In this document: positions 36,612 to 46,263 of the stretch, in pieces
Position numbering within the stretch: position 1 is the stretch's first letter
Layout: each line of letters starts with the position of its first letter
IMG/VR virus record: IMGVR_UViG_3300001041_000002
Location: 37,420-101,419 of that record
Length of the DNA: 64,000 bases
Strand: one strand, 5' to 3'
DNA from: a virus
Translations under genes and position numbers: made by a program
The notes under the pieces: generated by a model
What the model was told of the DNA's origin: nothing
The model's database searches: none
The model's input: only the letters and a program-made list of their open reading frames with translations

Positions 36612-37164
36612 AGAAATAAAGGGGGTGTTTGTGCCCCCTAAAAAGCGTTATTATATTGGCAAGATTGCTCATGGCACTCCATATTTTAATCCATGGAATT
36701 TTGTATCGACGATTATTGCATTCAGGAGATTAAAACTTAAAACTCCAGAACAATTGGCTGAATATAAAGCTAAATATCCACATGCAGGTACAAAAAACAA
36801 TAACTATTTATTTACAAATATGCCAATGGTTCACAGAGCCAAAGAGTGGACATTTCAGTTATTTGATAATTGGTATTGGGTACAAATTGGATGGCCTATA
36901 TATATTTATTGGCATAACTTAGGATGGAAAGATAAGTGGGGGTCGCCACGCTATGAATGGTCTCCAGCATTTTATATATTTTTCTTCAAGTGGCAATTCT
37001 GCATATGGTGGGGAGCTCCAGATAGAGAAAATGATAAGTATTACGAAATGATTTTATGGTACTTAAAATATTCTGAAAATGATATCATTAAAGCTGAGAA
37101 AACTTGGGGATGGGTTGATTACGAAACTAAGAAGTCAACGTGGAATAAAAAATATTTATTATGA
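36589..37164 (+). CDS. Trp-rich hypothetical protein
   Basis: LGWKDKWGSPRYEW motif. Confidence 0.7.
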   Translation: MKFLKIFKEIKGVFVPPKKRYYIGKIAHGTPYFNPWNFVSTIIAFRRLKLKTPEQLAEYKAKYPHAGTKNNNYLFTNMPMVHRAKEWTFQLFDNWYWVQIGWPIYIYWHNLGWKDKWGSPRYEWSPAFYIFFFKWQFCIWWGAPDRENDKYYEMILWYLKYSENDIIKAEKTWGWVDYETKKSTWNKKYLL

Positions 37165-37415
37165 GTGAACTGGATCAATTTAAATTGAAATCCAAAACCT
37201 CAGTCGTTCAAATTAACGGCTTAGGTCAAGGAGGTTGGATGGGCTGCTTATGTCAAGTTGATGAAGTAAAACCATGGGGAGTTCAGGCTTGGGTAGAAAT
37301 TCCAATGCAGGGATCTGCATATATTAGACTACGATGGGAGCAATTTGATTACATTGGAGAAGCTAGAATGATAGGAGGAGATTATGAGGAGAAATTGGCA
37401 GAAAATAATTCATGA
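37161..37415 (+). CDS. hypothetical protein
   Basis: ATGA overlap. Confidence 0.65.
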   Translation: MSELDQFKLKSKTSVVQINGLGQGGWMGCLCQVDEVKPWGVQAWVEIPMQGSAYIRLRWEQFDYIGEARMIGGDYEEKLAENNS

Positions 37416-37662
37416 CACATATAAAGAACTGTATTTGCACGCAGAACCATCGGCAGATTTTGATGAACTCGTGGCAAATGCAGTTCTTAATAATCGTGGA
37501 GAGAAAGTAATTAACTATCTGGATTATGAGATTTCAGCAAGTTTAATGGATTCCATTGTTAGTAGTTTTGAGAAAAGATATAAAATGTCAACTCACGATA
37601 TCAAAGGGTACAGATTTGCAATATATCTAGGATGTAGCCCCAAAACGAAAGTAAATGGATAA
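37384..37662 (+). CDS. hypothetical protein
   Basis: Overlapping ORF ending YLGCSP. Confidence 0.65.
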   Translation: MRRNWQKIIHDTYKELYLHAEPSADFDELVANAVLNNRGEKVINYLDYEISASLMDSIVSSFEKRYKMSTHDIKGYRFAIYLGCSPKTKVNG

Positions 37663-37888
37663 ATTAATAAACGAACTTAAAGATGCTGTTATTTCATATT
37701 TAGAGAAGAAACCTCAAGGCGAACCTTACCTAATTTATAGAAATAACAGATATACTGCCCAAGATTGTATTGATTCTATTGCAAACAATGAAGAATTTGG
37801 ATTATCATTAATAAGAAATTCAATTTTACTTTCAATAGATAGATTTGATAGACTGAAAGATAATTTCCAAGATTTTACAAAACTCTAA
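37655..37888 (+). CDS. hypothetical protein
   Basis: ORF in operon. Confidence 0.6.
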   Translation: MDKLINELKDAVISYLEKKPQGEPYLIYRNNRYTAQDCIDSIANNEEFGLSLIRNSILLSIDRFDRLKDNFQDFTKL

Positions 37889-37898
37889 ATTAATTATC

Positions 37899-37908
37899 TA
37901 TCTTTGCA
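37899..37908 (+). promoter_or_regulatory. Bacteroidota -7 promoter element
   Basis: TATCTTTGCA upstream of ATG 37929; the -33 element is imperfect. Confidence 0.55.
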
Positions 37909-37928
37909 TCATAATTAAATATATTATT

Positions 37929-38405
37929 ATGGGCGAAGGCAAAATAAAGAATGCATCCAAATGTTCTTATGATGGAGTTGATTTTAAAAGTAAGCTTGAG
38001 TTATTTTGTTACAAAAAACTTCAAGAAGCTGGTATCGAATTTATATATCAGCCACCTACTGTAGAATTAATTCCATCATTCGAACTAGATTTTAAGTGTT
38101 ACGAAGATATTGGCAGGATAGTTCGAGATGAGAACAAGAAGGTTAAATATTCAACAAAGAGATTTGACGTAACTAGTAAAATTAGAAATATATCATACAC
38201 ACCAGATTTTGCATGTTGCGATGGATTATACGTCATAGAAACGAAAGGCTACTCCAACGATGCCTTCCCGTTAAGATGGAAACTCTATAAGCAATATCTG
38301 ATGAATATTGGATTTAAGGGTATCTTAATGATGCCAGAGAATCAATCAGAAATACTTCAATGTGTAGAAATAATTAAAGAAAATCAATCTATTCAACACC
38401 CGTAA
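37929..38405 (+). CDS. DUF1064-like PD-(D/E)XK endonuclease (resolvase-like)
   Basis: DGVDFKSKLE, YTPDF, VIETKG. Confidence 0.82.
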   Translation: MGEGKIKNASKCSYDGVDFKSKLELFCYKKLQEAGIEFIYQPPTVELIPSFELDFKCYEDIGRIVRDENKKVKYSTKRFDVTSKIRNISYTPDFACCDGLYVIETKGYSNDAFPLRWKLYKQYLMNIGFKGILMMPENQSEILQCVEIIKENQSIQHP

Positions 38406-38487
38406 AGTTCAGCTCTAGATATCGTATAATACAAGCAAAAAAGGGTTTATAGTAGCACGATATATGAGAAACCCTGCGAATAGATTG
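38385..38487 (+). ncRNA. stem-closed pseudoknotted element H
   Basis: CAATCTATTC/GAATAGATTG stem enclosing crossed ATATCGT/ACGATAT and AGGGTTT/AAACCCT. Confidence 0.55.
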
Positions 38488-38502
38488 TTTAAAAATAAAA
38501 GT

Positions 38503-38625
38503 AATCACTCCCCCTCTCGACACATAAAATTGAAGGGCGCTCAGAGTGGTTCGTATCTGTAATCAAGCCTTATATGGGCAAGATAAGACGATAAGGCAAA
38601 GACCGCTGATCACGGACACTGGCCT
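38503..38625 (+). ncRNA. structured intergenic element I
   Basis: AATCACTC/GAGTGGTT hairpin, then crossed TATCT/AGATA and GCCTTAT/ATAAGGC. Confidence 0.45.
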
Positions 38626-38641
38626 TTAAAAATTTTAAATT

Positions 38642-39633
38642 ATGAGCGTAAATAATTCAAAACAAAAAGAACTAACAAAGTGTGAATTATTAAATATGGA
38701 TATTCATGAACTCATTGCAGTATATGATTTTCCATATTTTCAGATATTAAGAGTTTCAAATGGATGGATATATTCATACTGGAATCAAGTTAATCAAGAT
38801 TACACAAGAGACATATTTGTAAAAGAATAAATTATGGAGAAATATTACTTAATAGAAAGAGCTTTTTCTAATGGATTTTGGGATGATGATAATGGTAGGT
38901 TCGTGCCGCAATCTTTTGCTACTAAATACGAGTCGAATAGTAACTTTAAAATCATCAATGCAATAATGAGTGTGACTAGATTTTATCCAGTCAATATAAC
39001 CGAGATATATAATAAAATTTAAAATTATGAAATATTTAATAATCACAAAAAATAACAATCCATTTTATACTGAATGGTTTGACTATGAAAACCTTTATGT
39101 TCCCGAACTGATGGTATGTATTTTCAACATTAAATCAGGAAAACATACTTTTGATGGGCAAACGTGGATTAAAACAGTAGTAGATCACTTATGAAAGAAC
39201 CGATTGAATATCTAGGACACGTAAGTAGCTTTACAAATAGAGAAGAATTATACAATATTGGAAGACAGATGCAAACTGACGTAATGGACGAAATGACTGA
39301 TCTTGCCATAAATTTTGCAATGTATTGTTCGGGAAGAGCATGGGATATGATTGGATATAAATATGGAGCAAACACATATGATCTCTGGGAAGAATATATG
39401 GTTGAAATAAATAAAGACAAAAATCAATCAAAATGACAGAAATTAACGAATCTGAAATAACAGCTAAAGGTGAAGAATACGCTGAATCTAAATCAGTCCA
39501 TTTTAGGCCATTTTTAGGCTCATATATGAAGTCTATTTCAAATGCATATATTGATGGCTACATAGCTGGATTGTTGGCTCACGACCGCAAAATGACTGAA
39601 TTTTTAAATACTAACGAGATAATTAAAGAATGA
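38642..39633 (+). other. run of small hypothetical ORFs (38642-38830, 38834-39022, 39191-39436, 39433-39633)
   Basis: Tightly packed ORFs with A-rich leaders. Confidence 0.65.
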
Positions 39634-39637
39634 TAAA

Positions 39638-40072
39638 ATGAGTGGAAGAAATAAAATTGCAGTATATCAATATGACCGGAATGGTAAATTTATTGAAAAA
39701 TACGATAGCTTAGCTGTTGTTAGAGGAAAGTACTATGGAAATTATATAGGAAAGTTTCCAATATTTGGTAGAATAAAGGATTACCATTTATTGCCAGATG
39801 GCACGATTTTATTTAAAGAAAGGATATATAGAGATAATGTTATCACTATATTCAATAGAATTGAAAATCCATTAGTAGAAAACAATAACATTATTAATCC
39901 AATCGAAGTTTTAAATATGAATGGAGACATTGTTGCTACATTTAAGAATGAGAATACGTTATCAATTCTTACCGGCATTTCAAAGAAGCATATATGGGGA
40001 TTTTTAAATAGAAATGCTCATAAAAATATACCAAGAAATAAACTTAAAATAAGTCTTAGATATGCCGAGTAA
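39638..40072 (+). CDS. NUMOD1-like repeat protein with no obvious nuclease domain
   Basis: VYQYDRNGKFIEKYDS and IEVLNMNGDIVATFKN repeats. Confidence 0.65.
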   Translation: MSGRNKIAVYQYDRNGKFIEKYDSLAVVRGKYYGNYIGKFPIFGRIKDYHLLPDGTILFKERIYRDNVITIFNRIENPLVENNNIINPIEVLNMNGDIVATFKNENTLSILTGISKKHIWGFLNRNAHKNIPRNKLKISLRYAE

Positions 40073-40490
40073 TGTAAAAATTTCATTTGACTTTGATGGA
40101 ACGATTGGACATCAAAAATCTATTCAAGAATATGCTAGGCAATTAATTGACGATGGTCACGAGGTATGGATTGTGACACGACGTTATGCAAATCCAGACG
40201 ACTATGGACAATTATTTTGTCAAGCCTATGGAATTAAAGATATAGTCAAGGAGCATAAACAGTTATTTGACGTTGCTAAAGAATGCGGAATTACAATCGA
40301 TCACATCCACTTTATGAATATGGTTGACAAATATGAATTCTTTGCTCGAAATAAGGGCTTTTTATGGCATTTAGACGACGATCAGTTTGAAATTGATGAC
40401 ATTAATCAATATACAGAAACTATCGGTATATCGTGCTCTAATAGGTCAAATTGGAAGAGTAAATGTGAGCGACTAATTAAAAAGAAATAA
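40062..40490 (+). CDS. HAD-superfamily phosphatase
   Basis: SFDFDGT, IVTRR, K, HLDDD. Confidence 0.85.
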   Translation: MPSNVKISFDFDGTIGHQKSIQEYARQLIDDGHEVWIVTRRYANPDDYGQLFCQAYGIKDIVKEHKQLFDVAKECGITIDHIHFMNMVDKYEFFARNKGFLWHLDDDQFEIDDINQYTETIGISCSNRSNWKSKCERLIKKK

Positions 40491-40491
40491 C

Positions 40492-41301
40492 ATGAGTGAT
40501 TATAAATGCAAAGCAAAATATCCTGGCGGGCCATGTGTTGGCTATATATCTAAACCACATGTTGCTCAAGATGACTGGCATTATTCCGATGGATTATGGT
40601 TTCATCCAGAAGAATTTCCTGAGTTTTGGGAGAAGGTAGTTGAGAAAGATTGGGAAGTTCAGTCTTTAAAATTCAAATTTAGCGATGAACAAGTATTATT
40701 TGCAACGATTCAGGGTAATGGGAAATACGCTATAGCTGCAAATAGATTTTATGGAATTGATTATACTGGAGGTTCAACGCTAAAGGCGTGTTTAGATTCA
40801 GGATGGGGCGTGGTTTCTGTTAAACGTCTATCTGATGGTCAAATTTTTACTGTCGGGGATAAAGTAGATAATGTGATTCGAAAAAATATTGAAATAACAA
40901 AATTAACGTTATCTGATGATGGAAAATATTTGCAAGTCTGGGGTAATTTTATTTTAGGAATGAATGGATGGAATCATTTAAATACAATAACTCATTCAAA
41001 GAAACCACTTCTAATTACTGAAGATGGAGTTGAGATATTTGAAGGAGATTTTTATTCATTTATATATGAAGATAAAGTTCAAACATCAATTGCAATGGCG
41101 AGCGCTAAATATGCAAAGATTGATGGATATTACTTTTCAACAATTGACGCTGCCTGTAAGTATTTAGAAGAAAATAAGCCTCAATATTCAAAGAAAGATT
41201 TATTAAGCTTTAGTGGGTATGCCAGAGGTATAAATGATTGCGAAACTGACAACTATTGTTATGATGCGTGGTCTAAATCATGTTATAATACAAAGAAATA
41301 A
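40492..41301 (+). CDS. modular hypothetical protein
   Basis: SVKRLSDGQIFTVGD and LITEDGVEI modules. Confidence 0.7.
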   Translation: MSDYKCKAKYPGGPCVGYISKPHVAQDDWHYSDGLWFHPEEFPEFWEKVVEKDWEVQSLKFKFSDEQVLFATIQGNGKYAIAANRFYGIDYTGGSTLKACLDSGWGVVSVKRLSDGQIFTVGDKVDNVIRKNIEITKLTLSDDGKYLQVWGNFILGMNGWNHLNTITHSKKPLLITEDGVEIFEGDFYSFIYEDKVQTSIAMASAKYAKIDGYYFSTIDAACKYLEENKPQYSKKDLLSFSGYARGINDCETDNYCYDAWSKSCYNTKK

Positions 41302-41303
41302 TC

Positions 41304-41510
41304 ATGGCAATGTTCGGAAGTTCATGGAATGATAATTCTGATGACAGGCCAATTGGGCCTATGTCTAGTTGGGTCAATGATGAAATTGAAAAAATTGAAG
41401 AAAAAGATGATAATATATCATTATTTTCTAAATGGAAAGAACCCAAATTAAAAATTAGATCTAAAAAAGACGCCTATAATATTAGTTTCTTTGATAGATG
41501 GAAAAAATAA
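41304..41510 (+). CDS. hypothetical protein
   Basis: Last ORF of the + strand arm. Confidence 0.6.
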   Translation: MAMFGSSWNDNSDDRPIGPMSSWVNDEIEKIEEKDDNISLFSKWKEPKLKIRSKKDAYNISFFDRWKK

Positions 41511-41537
41511 TTCGTTTTGTTTTGTTTTTGTTAAAAG

Positions 41538-41572
41538 AAAGCCCAGTCACCTACTATTAGGAGCTGGGCTTT
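41538..41572. terminator. bidirectional terminator between the convergent arms
   Basis: AAAGCCCAG...CTGGGCTTT with A/T tails on both sides. Confidence 0.8.
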
Positions 41573-41614
41573 TAATTTAATTATTCTCTTCAATTTTTTT
41601 TAACAACATTGTAA

Positions 41615-44600
41615 CTACTTGTTCTGCAGCGTAAAGAATACTAATTTCGTTTCTGGACTTTGCCAATCAGTGATAGTTTTGACTAACGGGATCGTACCAA
41701 TAGATGCTTTATGAATGCGTGTATACCCTTCCCAGCGGCCTCTAGTTATCTCTTCTATAGCATATGACGGCTTAGTTGCCATTGACAATAAGTTCAGTAC
41801 ATTATTGAGCTGATTTATGCCTGCTGCGGGGGACTGAAGAATTTTAAGGGTCTCTCTTGGATCTATGAAGAATTTTAACTCAGTATTGAGCCTATTGGCT
41901 TGATATGCAGCCATTTGACCCTTCCAATCGTCCTCATCGTCTCCGCCAATCATTGGTAACACAAACTGTAAGAATAATGCAACTGATAGCATATACCCAG
42001 CCTCAGTGGCAGTCCTCATAATATTCTGCTTTTCACTATCGGTTAATTCATTCCAGTGTGCCGCCAATAAAAATTGTCCATGCTTTAGATCTTTAGCTAA
42101 TATTGATGCAAATCTACCGAATGTTCTGTAATATCCCTCAACATCAAATTGACCTTCATAATTATAATATTTCTTTCTAAAGCGTCTGTTAAAACCAGGT
42201 CTCATAAACTTTCTAAATATTAAAGCTTGTCTGAGTAGTCCGTATTGCTGTATTGCAAGAAGATCTTGATCATTGTAAATACCGTGTAGGGAATTATTAA
42301 TTGCATTTTGTTTGCGCTTAAATACCCTTAAATCAGCCTCTGTAAATGCAGTACCATCAGATTTCTTCAATCCAGATTTTAATACAAATTTATTACCAAC
42401 AGTATCAAAAGCATCTAGTAGGGTAATTGATTTTCCATCCTTATCGGTAAGTTTCATTTCATAAGCTAGGGCTAAAGATGTTCTATTCTGCATTTGATGT
42501 TCGCCACTTTTTGACATAAAATATAGCGCGCTTTGATGAAATAGTTTTGATATTAATGTTTTGCGATCCATATTCAGCTCCTTAGCATTTCTAGAGAAGT
42601 CTTGCATTACCTCCATCTTTTCCATCCACAAACTGAGCCAATCTTTAGGATTCCTAGAGCCTACATTTGCCATGTTTTGAGCCAAATGCGAGTAGTATTT
42701 TTTATCAGCCTCTAGTAATGATTTATTGCTAAAAAACTGCCCTGCAATCGCCTCTAATCGTATAGCAGCGTTACCTACTAATGGGTTCTGAATTCCTGCA
42801 TATATATTCAAAGCTAGATTTGTCAATGAAGTGTATCTCCCTAATAAGTCCAAGGCTTTCTCACTATTGATTTTATACCCAAGAATATCCCAATCCTTAC
42901 CTTCAACTCTAGTCTTGCCGTAAATATTCATTACAAAATAATCGTCAAGTCTAGCTTTTAAATTTGAAGCTTCTGGATCTTTCTTTATCTGCTTGGCTAT
43001 CTTTTTACCTAAGATATTAATACCTTCTTTAAGAATATTGCCTTTAGAATCAGTTTCTATCAATGATCTATTAGAGATAATATCTCTACCAAGCTCTAAC
43101 ATATCAACTATTTTACTCATCTTTTCATAATCAGTAGCCATAGTTGTAAATGCAGATAATGCCTCAGCAAAATCTGTGGATAAATCCTTCATGTCATTAA
43201 GCTTACCAGTGAAATATATTGGAAGGAAGTTAACTGGTCTTCCATTCTCATCAGTAACTTTAAATCTATCTCCAAGCTCATCTTCGTCCTCTACGTTCTG
43301 AAATTGCTCTCTAATCGTTTCTTTGGCGTTTCTAACCAATTCTGAGACGTTTTGAGAGGCTTTTAGCTTTTCAATGAAGTCTTTCCTAAGCTGCGGACTA
43401 AGTCTCCCTAATCGCCTATTTTCAGGCAATTTCGAGTCTAGGTCATCCTTTAGTTGCATAGAGTACTCATAAAACTCTTTCTTAGCTGGATTTGACATTA
43501 TATCAGAGTACTGTTTATTACGATATTTCTCAGCAGGTGCAGATAGGTCGCCTTTATAGTAAACAGCTCCAGTGAATTCATCTACGCTCGTATTTTCAGC
43601 ATACCATTCATCATATAATTTTTCTGACAAATTAGCTTTTCGCGTTGCCATTATTGCTGGGGCATTTGGATTATCCTGAGAGTTGTTTTTATACCAATTA
43701 TTCATCAGTTTACCATATTGATCTCTCAATACATCGTCACTAAATATTTCATCAAGAAGCTCTCTGTTACTATCTGGGAATGATCTATTCTTATTAGACG
43801 TTTTAATTCTTTTTATCGTATCATCAATAGCTTTATCTTTAGCATCAGCCCAATCACCATAATTCCATTCATAGACATTGTTTCCAGAAAACGTACCGTC
43901 AGATTTTCTTTCATATATCCAATTAGTATCTTTAATGCCAGACTCTTCAAGTTTCATCCTAGCGGATATAAGATCTTTCATAATTTCATACGATTCGTCC
44001 CTCGCTTCTTGCTTGGCATCTTTAACGACCACATCAATAATCTGAAGCATCGGTTCGCCTGAATTGGCCAATGAGTCAATCCATCTTTGAAAAAATGTAA
44101 TATCCTCACCACCTTCTTCAAGTAGTTTCTGTAAGTCTTCAATCGGGCCATTGCCAATGAATGGAGTTATAAACTTCTGATAGATAGGTCTAGCCATCTT
44201 AAAATACTCATCTTCTAGAAGTTCGGCTTTATCAATAGTCTCAGTTAATATTTGTGATATAACTTTAACTTCCTGATTTTCTGCATCTTCGATAAGCATC
44301 TTAGTCATCTCAAGTTTAATCTCTTTCATCATTGGTAGATACGAATTGGTAAATCCCTTCATATCCCTCAATGTAGATGCTAATGATAACAATCCTTCAT
44401 TGCCAACTAACGACAAATTTTCTATTGATTTTTCAAGAGCAACGATTCTTTTGTTTACAGCCTTGAATCTATCTCTAGCTGATTCCGCAACATTAAGCGC
44501 ACCAACAAGATAATTCTTATCATCTAAATCCTCTACCAGTTTTTGTAACGATTCTTCTTCCCTTAGTGCAAGCTTTTTGAGGTCTTTTCTTTTGTAAACA

Positions 44601-45763
44601 TTGATGCGCTTAGCTATTGCTTCCTTAGATTTCTCTAATTTATCTTTGAGATTATTTAATGATTTATCTGATATCTGAAACATCGTTAACTCCCTAGTTA
44701 GATTTTTTCTATCTAATCCAGATAATCGACCTTTCAGAAATTGATCAGCAGTTATTCCGTAGGCATTAGAAACGTCTTTATTAAATCTCTGCTTGGTTAT
44801 CTTATTGAATAGAGTCTTGGTGTATTTCCATAGACGTTGCATTAAGTTTAACTGTTCGGCTGGTATAGCTGAATTCTGTTCGTTAAATTTAGATACTAAA
44901 GCCTGAGATAACAGTTTCCCAGCGGCTTCTCTAACTAACGAATCTTTATTGCCAGAATACAACTCACTATATACAGATAATTCATCACCGAGAATCTCTT
45001 TGTAATAATCATTAGCCTCAACTAAAGCTAACAGCCGCTTAGCTAAAGGTGAATCTCCTAGTAACTCTATAATAAAATGTGAAGTCTCTTCTGGTAATGT
45101 TAGTAGATTAGATTCATCTTCGTTGATGTAAATTATGCCATTAATAATATCAGATACGCCAACTGGATCAACATTATATTTATCTTTGAACTTTTCGATT
45201 GATTCAATAGTAATACCAAGCTCAGTTAATTGCTGAATTAATTTATCGTTAAGATCCTTATTAACTTCTTCGATTGGCTTCTCTGATGGTAGCTGGAATA
45301 ACATATCATTTTTTGGAGATATATAGATATGGTATTTGCCAAAGTTATCTTGTTTTAATGAGAAATTATACTTAGCGTGTTCATTATTAAAGTCTACCCA
45401 ATCAAAGATTTCATTGCCTTTGAGATCATCTTTAGTAAAAGTCTTAATTTTACCATTCTCGTCAATAAGATTATAATGTTTATATAACTCTTCATTGCCT
45501 GATAAGGATATTACAGATTTATCTTTAAACAATCTTGGATATGGTATTGACTTATCTAATCTTTTCTTTGCTTTAGGTACAACATCTCCCCACAGAGCCT
45601 CTTCTTGAGCGATCTCTTTGGATAAATTACCACGACCTTCGTAGAATCTATCTGGCACATATCCATCGAAATGAACCCATAAAGCTGTAGCCTCGTTGTC
45701 CCCAACTACATTAGCTAGGTCAACAAAGGCTTTAAGTTTTTTGTTCGGGCAAGTTATTGCCAT
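41615..45763 (-). CDS. large virion cargo protein of the crAss RNAP cluster
   Basis: 1382 aa; MAITCPN start; degenerate zincin-like LPEETSH; position next to the RNAP gene. Confidence 0.75.
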   Translation of the reverse strand: MAITCPNKKLKAFVDLANVVGDNEATALWVHFDGYVPDRFYEGRGNLSKEIAQEEALWGDVVPKAKKRLDKSIPYPRLFKDKSVISLSGNEELYKHYNLIDENGKIKTFTKDDLKGNEIFDWVDFNNEHAKYNFSLKQDNFGKYHIYISPKNDMLFQLPSEKPIEEVNKDLNDKLIQQLTELGITIESIEKFKDKYNVDPVGVSDIINGIIYINEDESNLLTLPEETSHFIIELLGDSPLAKRLLALVEANDYYKEILGDELSVYSELYSGNKDSLVREAAGKLLSQALVSKFNEQNSAIPAEQLNLMQRLWKYTKTLFNKITKQRFNKDVSNAYGITADQFLKGRLSGLDRKNLTRELTMFQISDKSLNNLKDKLEKSKEAIAKRINVYKRKDLKKLALREEESLQKLVEDLDDKNYLVGALNVAESARDRFKAVNKRIVALEKSIENLSLVGNEGLLSLASTLRDMKGFTNSYLPMMKEIKLEMTKMLIEDAENQEVKVISQILTETIDKAELLEDEYFKMARPIYQKFITPFIGNGPIEDLQKLLEEGGEDITFFQRWIDSLANSGEPMLQIIDVVVKDAKQEARDESYEIMKDLISARMKLEESGIKDTNWIYERKSDGTFSGNNVYEWNYGDWADAKDKAIDDTIKRIKTSNKNRSFPDSNRELLDEIFSDDVLRDQYGKLMNNWYKNNSQDNPNAPAIMATRKANLSEKLYDEWYAENTSVDEFTGAVYYKGDLSAPAEKYRNKQYSDIMSNPAKKEFYEYSMQLKDDLDSKLPENRRLGRLSPQLRKDFIEKLKASQNVSELVRNAKETIREQFQNVEDEDELGDRFKVTDENGRPVNFLPIYFTGKLNDMKDLSTDFAEALSAFTTMATDYEKMSKIVDMLELGRDIISNRSLIETDSKGNILKEGINILGKKIAKQIKKDPEASNLKARLDDYFVMNIYGKTRVEGKDWDILGYKINSEKALDLLGRYTSLTNLALNIYAGIQNPLVGNAAIRLEAIAGQFFSNKSLLEADKKYYSHLAQNMANVGSRNPKDWLSLWMEKMEVMQDFSRNAKELNMDRKTLISKLFHQSALYFMSKSGEHQMQNRTSLALAYEMKLTDKDGKSITLLDAFDTVGNKFVLKSGLKKSDGTAFTEADLRVFKRKQNAINNSLHGIYNDQDLLAIQQYGLLRQALIFRKFMRPGFNRRFRKKYYNYEGQFDVEGYYRTFGRFASILAKDLKHGQFLLAAHWNELTDSEKQNIMRTATEAGYMLSVALFLQFVLPMIGGDDEDDWKGQMAAYQANRLNTELKFFIDPRETLKILQSPAAGINQLNNVLNLLSMATKPSYAIEEITRGRWEGYTRIHKASIGTIPLVKTITDWQSPETKLVFFTLQNK

Positions 45764-45765
45764 AT

Positions 45766-46257
45766 TTAGTTATAGTTTTCGCCTACATAGTGATCAAAGA
45801 AAAGATCGCAAGTAGATAGTTTGTATGAGCTTATTAAGTCATAAGATTTTTTCAATTCTTCGATTTGTTCGGTGCAGTATTTTTGTCCTAAGCTAAATAA
45901 GGTCATTTCCCCGCGCTTTAAGGCACCCTGAGCTAAAGACTGACATTCATTAGTTACTAATATTTCGTGGTCTCTAGTGGCCTCTAATACGTCTAAACAA
46001 GATGAATACTCAGCTTCTGGAGATTGCAACACCTTCAAGCATGGTTTTAAGTTATATGACAACAAGAAATCCTTGGCAAATTTAGCATGAGACATCTCTT
46101 CGGCACTATGCTTAGAATATAGTTTTGCTAGATTGACGTAGCCTTTATCTTCAAACCATAAAGACATGTCTTCGTATAATCTGCTTGAAAATTCCTCAGA
46201 TTGAATTCTCTTTTCAAGATCTGAGATTGCCTCCTTACTTAGTAATTGTTTTTCCAT
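45766..46257 (-). CDS. ferritin-like protein
   Basis: E..SS.LY, EEMSHA, HE..VT, EQIEE ferroxidase pattern. Confidence 0.85.
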   Translation of the reverse strand: MEKQLLSKEAISDLEKRIQSEEFSSRLYEDMSLWFEDKGYVNLAKLYSKHSAEEMSHAKFAKDFLLSYNLKPCLKVLQSPEAEYSSCLDVLEATRDHEILVTNECQSLAQGALKRGEMTLFSLGQKYCTEQIEELKKSYDLISSYKLSTCDLFFDHYVGENYN

Positions 46258-46263
46258 AATTTA

